Origin: Candidatus Actinomarina sp.
GTDB lineage: Bacteria > Actinomycetota > Acidimicrobiia > Actinomarinales > Actinomarinaceae
DNA length: 64,000 nt
Assembly (NCBI GenBank): GCA_045563135.1
Contig: JBJKUL010000001.1
Coordinates: 598,650-662,649, forward strand
Direction: 5' to 3'
In this document: positions 26,121-35,319 of the stretch, in pieces
Layout: every line of letters begins with the position of its first letter
How positions within the stretch are numbered: position 1 is the first letter of the stretch
Position numbers and translations under genes: made by a program
The notes under the pieces: model-generated
Told to the model about the DNA's origin: nothing
What the model saw: the letters and a program-made list of their open reading frames with translations, nothing else
Database searches by the model: none

Positions 26121-26136
26121 TAGAACATATGTGCTA
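26121..26136. promoter_or_regulatory. LexA (SOS) box in the lexA / LysM divergent promoter
   Basis: TAGAACATATGTGCTA is of GAAC-N4-GTKC (Cheo-box) type. It overlaps the -10-like TAATAT at 26135-26140 and ends 9 nt before the lexA ATG. Confidence 0.7.
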
Positions 26137-26145
26137 ATATAGAGT

Positions 26146-26733
26146 ATGAGCAATAAAGAAAATGAAATACTTGAGTTTATAAACTACACACTCAAAAATG
26201 ATGGTTATTCCCCATCTGTAAGAGAAATTGGTGAAGCTGTAAATCTTAAATCCACAAGCACTGTTCAGTATCATCTAAAAAAACTTGAGAAAAAAGGTGT
26301 TATAAATAAATCAGAAGGTAAATCTAGATCACTACATCTAAATGATATAGCTAGTGAATTTAGATCTGTACCTATTCTTGGTGAAATAGCCGCTGGGTTA
26401 CCTCTAACAGCAGAGGAAAATCAGGTAGGAGAGCTGCCTTACCCAGAAAGCAATTTCAATGATTCTTTAATTGCACTGAAAGTTAACGGTGATTCTATGA
26501 TTGATGCTGGAATTCATGATGGAGATCTTGTGGTTGTTGATAAATCTAAAAAACCGAACAACGGTGACATTGGAGCATTTTTAATTCTCGAAACTGAAGC
26601 CACGGTTAAATACTTAGACACTATAAGGAACAAACAGTATTTAATACCTGCCAATAAAAGTTTTGAAAATATAGAAGTTACTGAAAATATTTCAGCAGTT
26701 GGTAAAGTTGTATCTTTATTTAGAGATATGTAA
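26146..26733 (+). CDS. lexA: LexA repressor
   Basis: It has a winged-helix N-terminus, the cleavage site AAG, the catalytic GDSM Ser and the TVKYL Lys. Confidence 0.9.
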   Translation: MSNKENEILEFINYTLKNDGYSPSVREIGEAVNLKSTSTVQYHLKKLEKKGVINKSEGKSRSLHLNDIASEFRSVPILGEIAAGLPLTAEENQVGELPYPESNFNDSLIALKVNGDSMIDAGIHDGDLVVVDKSKKPNNGDIGAFLILETEATVKYLDTIRNKQYLIPANKSFENIEVTENISAVGKVVSLFRDM

Positions 26734-27454
26734 CACTACCACTAAGAAATATTTCCGAATTTATATATTCCATATCTAACTCGCCACCAGGAAAGAGTAT
26801 CGTCATTGGTGAATTAACCTTTTTTTCCATGTAAAGATAATTAAATAAGCATAACGCTCCTGATCCACAAGCATCAGTTTCACCTACTCCCCTTTCATAC
26901 ACTCTAGTTTTAATAAAATTCTCGTTAATAATCTCATAAACTTCGACATTCGCACCATTTGGAAAATAACTTGACTCATTAACTTGTTCTGCAAATTGAG
27001 CCAGTTCAAAAATCTCTACATCTTCAACGTTGACTAAGAAATGGGGATTACCAACTTCTGATTTTACTCCCAAATATTTATCTATATTTATTTGATCACT
27101 CAAATAGGATGGAATTGGAGCATTCACTTTTACTAATGAATCTTCAACAGTTGCTTCTAAATCACCTACGGGAGCTTTCACAGTAATCTTATTTGTTGAA
27201 ACCATTTCATTATCTATTGCGTACTTAGCAGTACATCTTACACCATTCACGCAGAGCTCAGCTGTAGAACCGTCACTATTGTAATAATGCATTCTTACAG
27301 TTTTACCATCGATAGATTCTACAAAGATTACACCGTCGACATCGTAATCAGAATCAGCAACTAGGGAAATAATCTGTATCTCAGAAGTAGGACCTGTGTA
27401 TGTGGAAACAATAAAATCATTTCCGGTACCAGACATATATGCAAAATTATTCAT
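26720..27454 (-). CDS. dapF: Diaminopimelate epimerase
   Basis: It has the SGTGNDFIV N-terminus, catalytic-Cys regions LCVNGVRC and DACGSGA, and GNPHF. Confidence 0.85.
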   Translation of the reverse strand: MNNFAYMSGTGNDFIVSTYTGPTSEIQIISLVADSDYDVDGVIFVESIDGKTVRMHYYNSDGSTAELCVNGVRCTAKYAIDNEMVSTNKITVKAPVGDLEATVEDSLVKVNAPIPSYLSDQINIDKYLGVKSEVGNPHFLVNVEDVEIFELAQFAEQVNESSYFPNGANVEVYEIINENFIKTRVYERGVGETDACGSGALCLFNYLYMEKKVNSPMTILFPGGELDMEYINSEIFLSGSVTYL

Positions 27455-28271
27455 CCATTAACTCTATCATTTTATTTTTAATAATATTTGAATCATTTGT
27501 AGTGTAGGGCATCAATGAAGTCTCTTTTTTGAACCAAGTAATTTGTTTTTTAACTAACTTAATTGTTTTTTGATTAATATTCGTCTCTATGTCTGAATCA
27601 ATGTTCATTCCAATTGCTTGAAGAATAGTTTTAGAGGGATTAGTTAGTGCAGATAATTCATCTGCTAGACCATTTTCAATCATTGAAGCAGTTCTTTTTG
27701 ATATATTCATTTTATAATCGGGATTATTCCAAAAAATACCAACTTTATCTTTAGGTATATTTAGCTCAGGAAAAAGATATTTTGAATCCTCTAAAAGACT
27801 TGACTCAATATTTCGTATCAATCTTCTCTTATTTAACTCAACTGATGGGAGTTCAATCCTGTATATTTCATGGAATTTCATCAACTGTCCGAAATTTAAT
27901 TGTTCTAATTCGGCCCTAATTGTTGGATCTGTAGGTCTAAATTCAAAATTTTTAATCATTGCTGAAAAATAGAGACCAGTGCCCCCTACAGCTAATATAT
28001 CTCTTTCATATGTCATTTTTGGAAAATCTATATCTAATAGGTAGTTCAAATAGTCAACTACAGAAAAGTTTTGGTCTGCATCAGCAATATTGATTCCAAG
28101 ATATTCAACTTGAGCTTGCATAACATCAGAGGGTTTAGCACTTAATATATCAAGTCCTTTGTATACAGCCATAGAATCTAATGACAAAATCGGCATGTTG
28201 CGTTCAATAGCAATCTGATGTGCAATATCAGTTTTACCAGATGATGTAATCCCAGTTAAAAAATATAGCAA
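27447..28271 (-). CDS. miaA: tRNA dimethylallyltransferase
   Basis: It has the P-loop GITSSGKTDIA, the SLDSMAVYKGLDI motif, and GGTGLYF. Confidence 0.85.
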   Translation of the reverse strand: MLYFLTGITSSGKTDIAHQIAIERNMPILSLDSMAVYKGLDILSAKPSDVMQAQVEYLGINIADADQNFSVVDYLNYLLDIDFPKMTYERDILAVGGTGLYFSAMIKNFEFRPTDPTIRAELEQLNFGQLMKFHEIYRIELPSVELNKRRLIRNIESSLLEDSKYLFPELNIPKDKVGIFWNNPDYKMNISKRTASMIENGLADELSALTNPSKTILQAIGMNIDSDIETNINQKTIKLVKKQITWFKKETSLMPYTTNDSNIIKNKMIELMDE

Positions 28272-29648
28272 TTAAATAAGTTCCGCTGTAAGAGCGAAGG
28301 GTGTAGCGTCGGTAATAATTACTTTAACAAAATCACCAACTGAAACATTCTTTGAAGAAATATGTGTAGTTTGACCACCATCTATTTTTCCACTCATATA
28401 ATCTGTCGTTTTTTTTGAATATTTTTCAACAAGAAGAAATTGTTCTGTACCAATAAATCTCTTGTAACGTGAATGACTAATCTCTGTTTGAAGTTCTTTT
28501 AATTGCATAAATCGTTCATCAATTATTGATTTTTCAATAAAATCCGTTTGCATTAAATCAGCTCGTGTTCCGGGACGTGTTGAGAATTTAAACATATAAA
28601 CTGCGTCAAATCTAGCTAATTCTATTACTTTTAAAGTCTCAGCAAAATCTTCATCTGTTTCTCCAGGAAATCCAACGATAATGTCTGTTGTTAATGAAAC
28701 ATTGTTTATGGTTTCCTTGGCGAGAGAAAGTTTTTTAATAAATTTTTCTTGTGTGTAACCTCTTTGCATTTTACGTAATATTTTATTACTACCACTTTGG
28801 AGGGGCATGTGGATTTGATTTGTAACTTTTGATAAATCATTAACTGCTGATAATGTCTCAGATTTAAAATCTTTAGGATGAGGTGAGGTAAATCTTATAC
28901 GCTTTAATCCTTCTACATTATTTAGTTCAGTAAGTAATTCTGTAAAATAAGGTTTGGAAGAACCATTAATTTTAAGGTCCCTACCATAGGAATTAACATT
29001 TTGACCAAGTAGAGTTATTTCTTTTACACCACTATTAACCATAGCTAAAGCTTCGTTGACGATATCAGATGGTCGTCTACTTATTTCTGGACCACGTACA
29101 GAAGGAACGATACAAAAAGTGCAACTATTATTACACCCTATTTGAATTGTCAACCATGCAGAGACTTCAGACTCTCGAATTGAAGGGGCATCAGTAGGTA
29201 AGGACTCTATTTCATCAATAACCTCTGTAATGGGACCCCAATCTTCACTTTGATTTAATAAATTAACGATATTAGTTAAATTGTGCGTACCTATAACAAC
29301 ATCTACCCAAGGTGCACGCTCTCTTACAAGTTCTTTGTCTTTTTGAGCAGCACAACCACCTACTAATAACTTTCTGTTAGATTTCTCACTCTTCCATTTT
29401 TTGAGTTGACCTAATGTACCATACAATTTGTCATCAGCATTTTCTCTAATTGTGCAGGTATTAATAAATAAAACATCTGCATTATCAATATCTGGTGCTT
29501 TTAACATGCCATCATATTCAAACAATCCAGCTATTCTTTCAGAATCATGCTCATTCATCTGACAACCAAAAGTTTTTACAAAATAACTTAGACCATGTCT
29601 AGATGGTTTAGCTTTCATGGTTTTAGATAATTCAACAGTTGTTTTCAC
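28272..29648 (-). CDS. miaB: tRNA-2-methylthio-N6-dimethylallyladenosine synthase
   Basis: It has the UPF0004 N-domain FGCQMNEHDSE, the radical SAM CNNSCTFC motif, and a TRAM C-terminus. Confidence 0.9.
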   Translation of the reverse strand: MKTTVELSKTMKAKPSRHGLSYFVKTFGCQMNEHDSERIAGLFEYDGMLKAPDIDNADVLFINTCTIRENADDKLYGTLGQLKKWKSEKSNRKLLVGGCAAQKDKELVRERAPWVDVVIGTHNLTNIVNLLNQSEDWGPITEVIDEIESLPTDAPSIRESEVSAWLTIQIGCNNSCTFCIVPSVRGPEISRRPSDIVNEALAMVNSGVKEITLLGQNVNSYGRDLKINGSSKPYFTELLTELNNVEGLKRIRFTSPHPKDFKSETLSAVNDLSKVTNQIHMPLQSGSNKILRKMQRGYTQEKFIKKLSLAKETINNVSLTTDIIVGFPGETDEDFAETLKVIELARFDAVYMFKFSTRPGTRADLMQTDFIEKSIIDERFMQLKELQTEISHSRYKRFIGTEQFLLVEKYSKKTTDYMSGKIDGGQTTHISSKNVSVGDFVKVIITDATPFALTAELI

Positions 29649-29685
29649 AACTAAATTATATGAATGTTTTTAAAAAATATATATA

Positions 29686-30741
29686 TTATTTTTCTTTATT
29701 GGCAGCTTTATTTTCATCAGCATCTTCTACAATATCGTCTTCTAGATCTGATTCAATCATTCCAACCGCTTTATAAACATCGTTTTCTAGTTGAAGTGCT
29801 AGATCTGGGTTTTCTCTTAAGTAGTTTTTAGAGTTTTCTTTACCTTGACCTAACTGAACATCATCGTATGTAAACCATGCTCCACCTTTTCGTACAATTC
29901 CATGTTCTACGCCTACGTCAAGCAAACTACCTTCACGTGAAATCCCTTTTCCAAACATGATATCGAATTGAGCTTCTTTAAAAGGTGGTGCAACTTTATT
30001 TTTTACAATTTTTGCTCTTACCCTATTACCTATCATTTCAGCACCAACTTTTAGTGTTTCTATTCTTCTAATGTCTATGCGAACTGAAGCATAAAATTTT
30101 AAGGCCCTTCCACCACTGGTGGTCTCTGGTGATCCCCACATCACACCAATTTTTTCACGTATTTGGTTTATAAAAATGACAGTTGTTTGTGTTTTGTTAA
30201 TGGATGCGGTTAATTTACGAAGTGCTTGTGACATTAAACGTGCTTGCAATCCAACATGTGACTGTCCCATTTCTCCATCAATTTCAGCCTTTGGCACAAG
30301 CGCTGCAACAGAGTCAATAACAACTATGTCTACACCCCCTGACTCAATAAGCATATCGGCAATCTCTAAAGCTTGTTCACCTGTATCGGGTTGCGATACG
30401 AGTAATTCATCCACATCAACACCAAGTGCAGATGCGTAAACTGGATCTAGTGCGTGTTCTGCATCAATAAAAGCGGCTACTCCACCTGCTTTTTGAGCTT
30501 CTGCTGCAACATGTAAAGATAACGTAGTCTTACCTGAACTTTCAGGACCATAAATCTCCACAACTCTTCCTTTAGGAATACCACCTATACCTAAAGCTAA
30601 ATCTATTGATAACGCACCAGTTGAAATTGCGGGTATCTGTTTTATATTTTCAGTGCCTAATTTCATTAACGAGCCTTCGCCAAATTGTTTTTCAATTTGT
30701 TCGAACACTGTGTCTAGTTTCTTTGCCCTGTCTTTATCCAT
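29686..30741 (-). CDS. recA: Recombinase RecA
   Basis: It has Walker [10 protein letters not shown], the FIDAEHALD motif and [23 protein letters not shown]. No recX follows it. Confidence 0.95.
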   Translation of the reverse strand: MDKDRAKKLDTVFEQIEKQFGEGSLMKLGTENIKQIPAISTGALSIDLALGIGGIPKGRVVEIYGPESSGKTTLSLHVAAEAQKAGGVAAFIDAEHALDPVYASALGVDVDELLVSQPDTGEQALEIADMLIESGGVDIVVIDSVAALVPKAEIDGEMGQSHVGLQARLMSQALRKLTASINKTQTTVIFINQIREKIGVMWGSPETTSGGRALKFYASVRIDIRRIETLKVGAEMIGNRVRAKIVKNKVAPPFKEAQFDIMFGKGISREGSLLDVGVEHGIVRKGGAWFTYDDVQLGQGKENSKNYLRENPDLALQLENDVYKAVGMIESDLEDDIVEDADENKAANKEK

Positions 30742-30802
30742 TTTTATCTCCTAGTTAGATTAATTAATTTATATTAAAACATCTTAGTAAGACAAATTTT
30801 AC

Positions 30803-30818
30803 TAGAACATTTGTTCTA
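30803..30818. promoter_or_regulatory. LexA (SOS) box upstream of recA
   Basis: TAGAACATTTGTTCTA is a perfect GAAC-N4-GTTC palindrome. It lies 62-77 nt upstream of the recA ATG and overlaps the cinA stop codon. Confidence 0.75.
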
Positions 30819-32021
30819 ATTCAAGTTTTTAACGAATTTTATTAGTTCCCATAAAGCCTTATTAACTGCTCTTTGTATAATTTCTTCCCTGTTTCCGTTA
30901 AGTTTATGTTTTGTAGAAATGTTTTGAGAATTATTTGCAATAGATATAAAGATTTCTCCAATTCCATACTTACTTGATGAGATTGGACCAGCTTCACCAA
31001 GAATACTTAAGCAAATATCACTAGAGTAATAATCTAAACCTTTATCTGATAAGATTTCAGTTAATTCGGGCCAATTTTTTAAATTATATTCTCCATCAAG
31101 AAGAAGATTTTTTGAATCATTGGTGTAAACGACAGAACTCCCTTTCAATACAGAACTTGCACCAGGATTTTTAGTTATTTTGGAGGAAAGCTCCCCTCCA
31201 GTAATGCTCTCAATAATGGAAAGAGTGATTTCTTTTTCAGAAAATAAGTCCAGCAAAATTTTTGATATATCTATATTTTCATATGCAATGATGTCCTCTG
31301 CATATTTATTTCGGATATTTTCAATGAAGTTGCTCTCATCATCATTAGATATTGAGTTTTTATCATATCGTAGTTTTATAATTCCTTTACTTGCCAAATA
31401 AGCAATGTCTATTCCCTCTGGTTTGAATTCATTAATACCTTGAGCAAGTGAAGATTCTGCCTGGTTGTAAAAAAGTATAAACTGATAGTTTTTAGGATCT
31501 TTATTAGTTTCTTGAATTAATCTTGGGATCAACTCATCGGTTACTAGTGGTATAAATTCTCTTGGTGGACCAGGAAAGATATATATTTTCTTTTCATCAA
31601 TTTCAATTAATGAACCTGGAGCAGTACCTTGAGTGTTGTTTAACTTGAGAGAATCTTTCGGTAAAAATGCTTGTTTAACATTTGTTTCTGGCATCAACAG
31701 TCCTCTAGCCTGCCACCTTTTTTTCATAAAAGCAACATGATCTTCATCAAGGATTAATTCGATATTTAGATGTTTCGATATAACCTCACGAGTAATATCA
31801 TCTTCAGTAGGGCCTAACCCCCCACATGTAATGACAACATCACAATTATCATACAAAAAACTAAATCCTTTAATTATTTCTTCTTCTATATCGGAAACGG
31901 TAATTTCATGCGTAAGTGAATTTCCAGAATTATATAACTGAGAACCAAGTTTTGCCAGGTTTGTGTTTACAGTATCTCCTAAAAGAATTTCAGTACCGAC
32001 AGATAAAAGACCAATTTTCAT
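30816..32021 (-). CDS. cinA: Competence/damage-inducible protein CinA (MoCF-binding plus PncC-like domain)
   Basis: The N-terminus is MKIGLLSVGTEILLGDTVNTN, and the protein contains GGLGPTEDDITRE and a C-terminal CinA domain. Confidence 0.85.
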   Translation of the reverse strand: MKIGLLSVGTEILLGDTVNTNLAKLGSQLYNSGNSLTHEITVSDIEEEIIKGFSFLYDNCDVVITCGGLGPTEDDITREVISKHLNIELILDEDHVAFMKKRWQARGLLMPETNVKQAFLPKDSLKLNNTQGTAPGSLIEIDEKKIYIFPGPPREFIPLVTDELIPRLIQETNKDPKNYQFILFYNQAESSLAQGINEFKPEGIDIAYLASKGIIKLRYDKNSISNDDESNFIENIRNKYAEDIIAYENIDISKILLDLFSEKEITLSIIESITGGELSSKITKNPGASSVLKGSSVVYTNDSKNLLLDGEYNLKNWPELTEILSDKGLDYYSSDICLSILGEAGPISSSKYGIGEIFISIANNSQNISTKHKLNGNREEIIQRAVNKALWELIKFVKNLN

Positions 32022-32068
32022 AGGTTAAGGATAACAATGTTTAATCCGTATATAAGTAAAATAGAACT

Positions 32069-32533
32069 ATGAAGAAGTTAATTTTTTTATTATTAATCAG
32101 TTTTTGTTCTGCTCCTTCATCTGTTGTAAACGAAAATAACGATATGCAGATTACTGATACAGAAAACACTACAGAAAAAGTCTTAACTTATAAAAACGCA
32201 CTTGGAGAATTTGTTGAAGAGGATTTAACAAATAAAAATACACTCGTAGTTTTTTGGGCTGACTACTGAGGAATATGCCGAGAGGAGTTGCCTCTCTTAG
32301 AAAACAATCTAGCTGAACTATCAAAGACTTATGACATCATCGCGCTTGCTCATAGTGATGTAGAGCCAACAATGGAGTGGGTTAAAAATAATTTAATAGG
32401 TAATTTAACAATTGGATTTTCAACAAGTGAGTTACGAGATGAGTTACAGGTAGTTGGTCAACCAATAACAATTATATTTGATACTAATGGAAATATCATA
32501 AGCAGAGAATTTGGCTACATCCCTACGAATTAA
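32069..32533 (+). CDS. TlpA/ResA-like thiol:disulfide oxidoreductase, candidate selenoprotein (in-frame UGA at 32267-32269 read as Sec)
   Basis: The two ORF-track pieces (32069..32269 and 32288..32533) are in the same frame, separated only by TGA plus six sense codons. The read-through product contains VVFWADY-U-GIC-REELPLLE, the classic FWAxWCxxCxxExPxL redox motif with TGA at the first Cys. It also has a signal peptide. Confidence 0.55.
32280..32296 (+). promoter_or_regulatory. SECIS-like stem-loop downstream of the in-frame UGA
   Basis: GAGAGG-AGUUG-CCUCUC has a 6-bp stem and a 5-nt loop with G among its first two bases. The stem starts 10 nt after the UGA and the loop starts 16 nt after it. 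Confidence 0.4.
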
Positions 32534-32600
32534 AATTCTAAAAACTTAATACTCGTAAATTAAGTTTCGTTAGTATGAGAGTAAGTTAAGCGGAGGTAAT

Positions 32601-33719
32601 GTGAAAAAAACATTTCTTATTCTACTTTGTCTTTCTATGTTGTTAGTCGCATGTGGCGGCTCAGCAGAAGAAACAGTAGAAGAACCTGCAGTCGTGGAAG
32701 AATCTGAATCTCTTGAATCACCAGCAACAACTGTTGCTCCAGTTCTTGATAAAATTACTTTTGGATTTATCCCTAGTGCAGAGCAAACAGATCTACAAGA
32801 CAATATCAAGCCATTGATGAAAGTACTTTCTGATGGATTAGGTATTGAGGTTGAAGGATTTGTAACCAGTGATTTCTCTGGTTTATTAGTAGCAATGGGT
32901 TCAGGTCAGGCTGACATTGGTGCATTTAACACATTAGGTTATGTAAATGCTCTTAATGTATTTCCTAAAAGAATTGAAGCAGTAGCTAAAGTTGTACGTT
33001 ATGGATCTGGTTCTTACCATGGAACATTTTGGACAACTGACACTAGTGTTTGTACCTCTCCACCTGTAATCGGAGCATTTGAGAATATCAATGGAGTTCC
33101 AACACTAGTTACAGGATCAGAAACAACACCACCAGATGTAGCAGCGCTACAGGTAGGTTGGAGTTTTGGAGATAATGGTTTGGAACCTGAAGTAAGAGAC
33201 AATGGAACCGTTAGCCCAGGTTATGCTTGTGAAGCTGACTTGAAGTCAATGGTTGGTAACACAGTTGTATTCGTTGAAGAAGGATCAACTTCTGGTTATC
33301 TATATCCTTCACTTCAATTGAAAAATATGGGTATTGACTACACAAAAGACATTACCCAAGTATTTGCGGGTTCACATGATGGAGTTATAACAGCTCTATA
33401 CAATGGAGATCACAAATTCGGTGTTACATATGATGACGCACGAAGAACCTTAAGAAAAACTCAATTAGATGTGGGTGAAAAAGTTGTTGCAATAGGAATT
33501 ACAGATGAAATTCCTAACGACGTGGTTGCTGTAAGATCAGACTTGCCTGAAGATATGAAAGCTAAAATATATACAATATTGAAAGAGTACATATCAACAG
33601 ATGAAGGTTATGCAGTAATGGATGAGATATATGGTTGGACAGATATTGTTAAAGCAGATAACTCAGAATTTGATGTTGTTAAACAAGCAGCTGAGGAATT
33701 CGGTCTTTACGACGAATAG
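32601..33719 (+). CDS. phnD: Phosphonate/phosphite ABC transporter substrate-binding lipoprotein
   Basis: It has a GTG start after a GGAGG SD, the lipobox LLVAC|GG, and the PhnD-like motifs FGFIPSAE and EGSTSGYLYP. It lies upstream of phnC and phnE. Confidence 0.8.
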   Translation: MKKTFLILLCLSMLLVACGGSAEETVEEPAVVEESESLESPATTVAPVLDKITFGFIPSAEQTDLQDNIKPLMKVLSDGLGIEVEGFVTSDFSGLLVAMGSGQADIGAFNTLGYVNALNVFPKRIEAVAKVVRYGSGSYHGTFWTTDTSVCTSPPVIGAFENINGVPTLVTGSETTPPDVAALQVGWSFGDNGLEPEVRDNGTVSPGYACEADLKSMVGNTVVFVEEGSTSGYLYPSLQLKNMGIDYTKDITQVFAGSHDGVITALYNGDHKFGVTYDDARRTLRKTQLDVGEKVVAIGITDEIPNDVVAVRSDLPEDMKAKIYTILKEYISTDEGYAVMDEIYGWTDIVKADNSEFDVVKQAAEEFGLYDE

Positions 33720-33730
33720 TATATAGAAAT

Positions 33731-33765
33731 AAGGGGTGGTTAAAAGACTGCCCCTTATTTTTTTT
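33731..33765 (+). terminator. Intrinsic terminator/attenuator between phnD and phnC
   Basis: AAGGGGTGG-TTAAAAGA-CTGCCCCTT is followed by ATTTTTTTT. Confidence 0.6.
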
Positions 33766-33773
33766 GGGAAAAA

Positions 33774-34544
33774 ATGATAAAATTTGAAAATGTGGGTGTT
33801 GTCTATCCAGGCGGAGTTAAAGCACTAGATAATATAAATTTAGAAATCAATGAAGGAGATTTTGTAATTATTGTTGGTCTATCTGGAGCAGGAAAATCAA
33901 CACTCTTAAGATCTATTAATAATTTAGTAAAACCAACAGATGGAAATGTTACTGTTGACGGAAATAATGTAACTAATGCTTCAAAAAAAGAATTAAAACA
34001 GATCCGTTCTGATATTGGAATGATATTTCAGACATTTAACTTAGTCAATCGTTCTAATGTATTAAAAAATGTATTAACTGGAAGATTAAGTCAAGTTTCT
34101 ACAATAAGATCAATAACCGGCTTGTGGCCAAAAGATGATAAACAGATAGCTTTTGATGCATTGCAACGTGTTGAAATTTTAGAAAAGGCATATGTAAGAG
34201 GTTCAAACCTTTCTGGTGGTCAGCAACAGCGAGTAGGTATTGCTCGTGCTTTGGCTCAAAAACCTAAAGTTATGTTAGCAGATGAACCTGTTGCGTCTTT
34301 GGATCCAGTCACTTCAAGAGTAGTAATGAGTTATCTTAAAAAAATAAATCAAGAACTTGGAATAACTACAATAGTAAATCTTCACTTTTTAGACTTAGCA
34401 AAAGAATTTGGCACAAGACTGATTGGACTAAGAGAAGGTAATCTCGTTTATGACGGCAATGTAGATGATGTATCAGATGCGGATTTTGAAAATATTTATG
34501 GAAGGTCAATAAAATCTTCAGATTTAATAGGAGACGATGATTAA
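33774..34544 (+). CDS. phnC: Phosphonate ABC transporter ATP-binding protein
   Basis: It has Walker A GLSGAGKST, the signature LSGGQQQRV, and Walker B MLADEP. Confidence 0.9.
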   Translation: MIKFENVGVVYPGGVKALDNINLEINEGDFVIIVGLSGAGKSTLLRSINNLVKPTDGNVTVDGNNVTNASKKELKQIRSDIGMIFQTFNLVNRSNVLKNVLTGRLSQVSTIRSITGLWPKDDKQIAFDALQRVEILEKAYVRGSNLSGGQQQRVGIARALAQKPKVMLADEPVASLDPVTSRVVMSYLKKINQELGITTIVNLHFLDLAKEFGTRLIGLREGNLVYDGNVDDVSDADFENIYGRSIKSSDLIGDDD

Positions 34545-35319
34545 TCTACCTAAAAAACCACCACCATCATTAATGGTGTTTCTTGGTATCCCGTCAGCAT
34601 TTTTATTTTCCTATTATTGTTTTCTTAAAGTTGGTTTTAATCTTTCCGATTTTAAAGAAAACCTAGAAAATAGATACTTAGTTACAGACCCACTCTTTAA
34701 TCCGAAATGGAGTTGGGCTATTGAAAACGCGTCAGAAGCACTTGTTGAAACAATACAAATAGCTATTCTAGCAAGCATAGTCGGATGCTTTGTTGCTCTA
34801 CCTTTATCTTTCTATGCGTCACAAACAACGAATCAAAATAAAGTCTCCTATTTTCTCTACAAATCGTTTTTAAACTTAGTGCGTACAATTCCAGATTTGT
34901 TCTGGGCAATGATGTTCACTGTTGCTGTTGGACTGGGACCATTTGCTGGTGTATTAGCATTGGTAATGTTCTCACTTGCAATTATGGGTAAGCTTCTTTC
35001 TGAAACAATAGATAGCATTGACCCAGGCCCTCTAGAAGCAGCAAAATCTTCGGGTGCATCTCATAATCAATCTGTCTTTACTTCAGCTTTGCCCCAGGTT
35101 TTACCAAACTTTACTGCATATTTTTTATATATATTCGAACTATGTATACGCGCAAGTGTAATTCTTGGTTTAGTTGGTGCCGGTGGTGTTGGAAGAATTA
35201 TTGAAACACAAAGAATATTTTTAAGATTTGATCGAATATCACCGATAATTGTTTTGATACTACTTGTTGTAATACTAATTGAACAATTTAGTGTATGGCT
35301 AAGAAGAAGGATTTTATGA
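34537..35319 (+). CDS. phnE: Phosphonate ABC transporter permease
   Basis: It has a PhnE-type BPD permease fold with a SIDPGPLEAAKSSGAS EAA-loop. Confidence 0.85.
   Translation: MINLPKKPPPSLMVFLGIPSAFLFSYYCFLKVGFNLSDFKENLENRYLVTDPLFNPKWSWAIENASEALVETIQIAILASIVGCFVALPLSFYASQTTNQNKVSYFLYKSFLNLVRTIPDLFWAMMFTVAVGLGPFAGVLALVMFSLAIMGKLLSETIDSIDPGPLEAAKSSGASHNQSVFTSALPQVLPNFTAYFLYIFELCIRASVILGLVGAGGVGRIIETQRIFLRFDRISPIIVLILLVVILIEQFSVWLRRRIL

Noticed and set aside
32267-32269. The in-frame TGA might be evidence of a genome-wide alternative genetic code (TGA read as Trp or Gly).
   Set aside because: TGA terminates at least one well-supported coupled ORF (11671-11673), and every other gene in 64 kb is uninterrupted. 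A single TGA exactly at a redox Cys points to site-specific Sec or a point mutation, not to code 4 or code 25.
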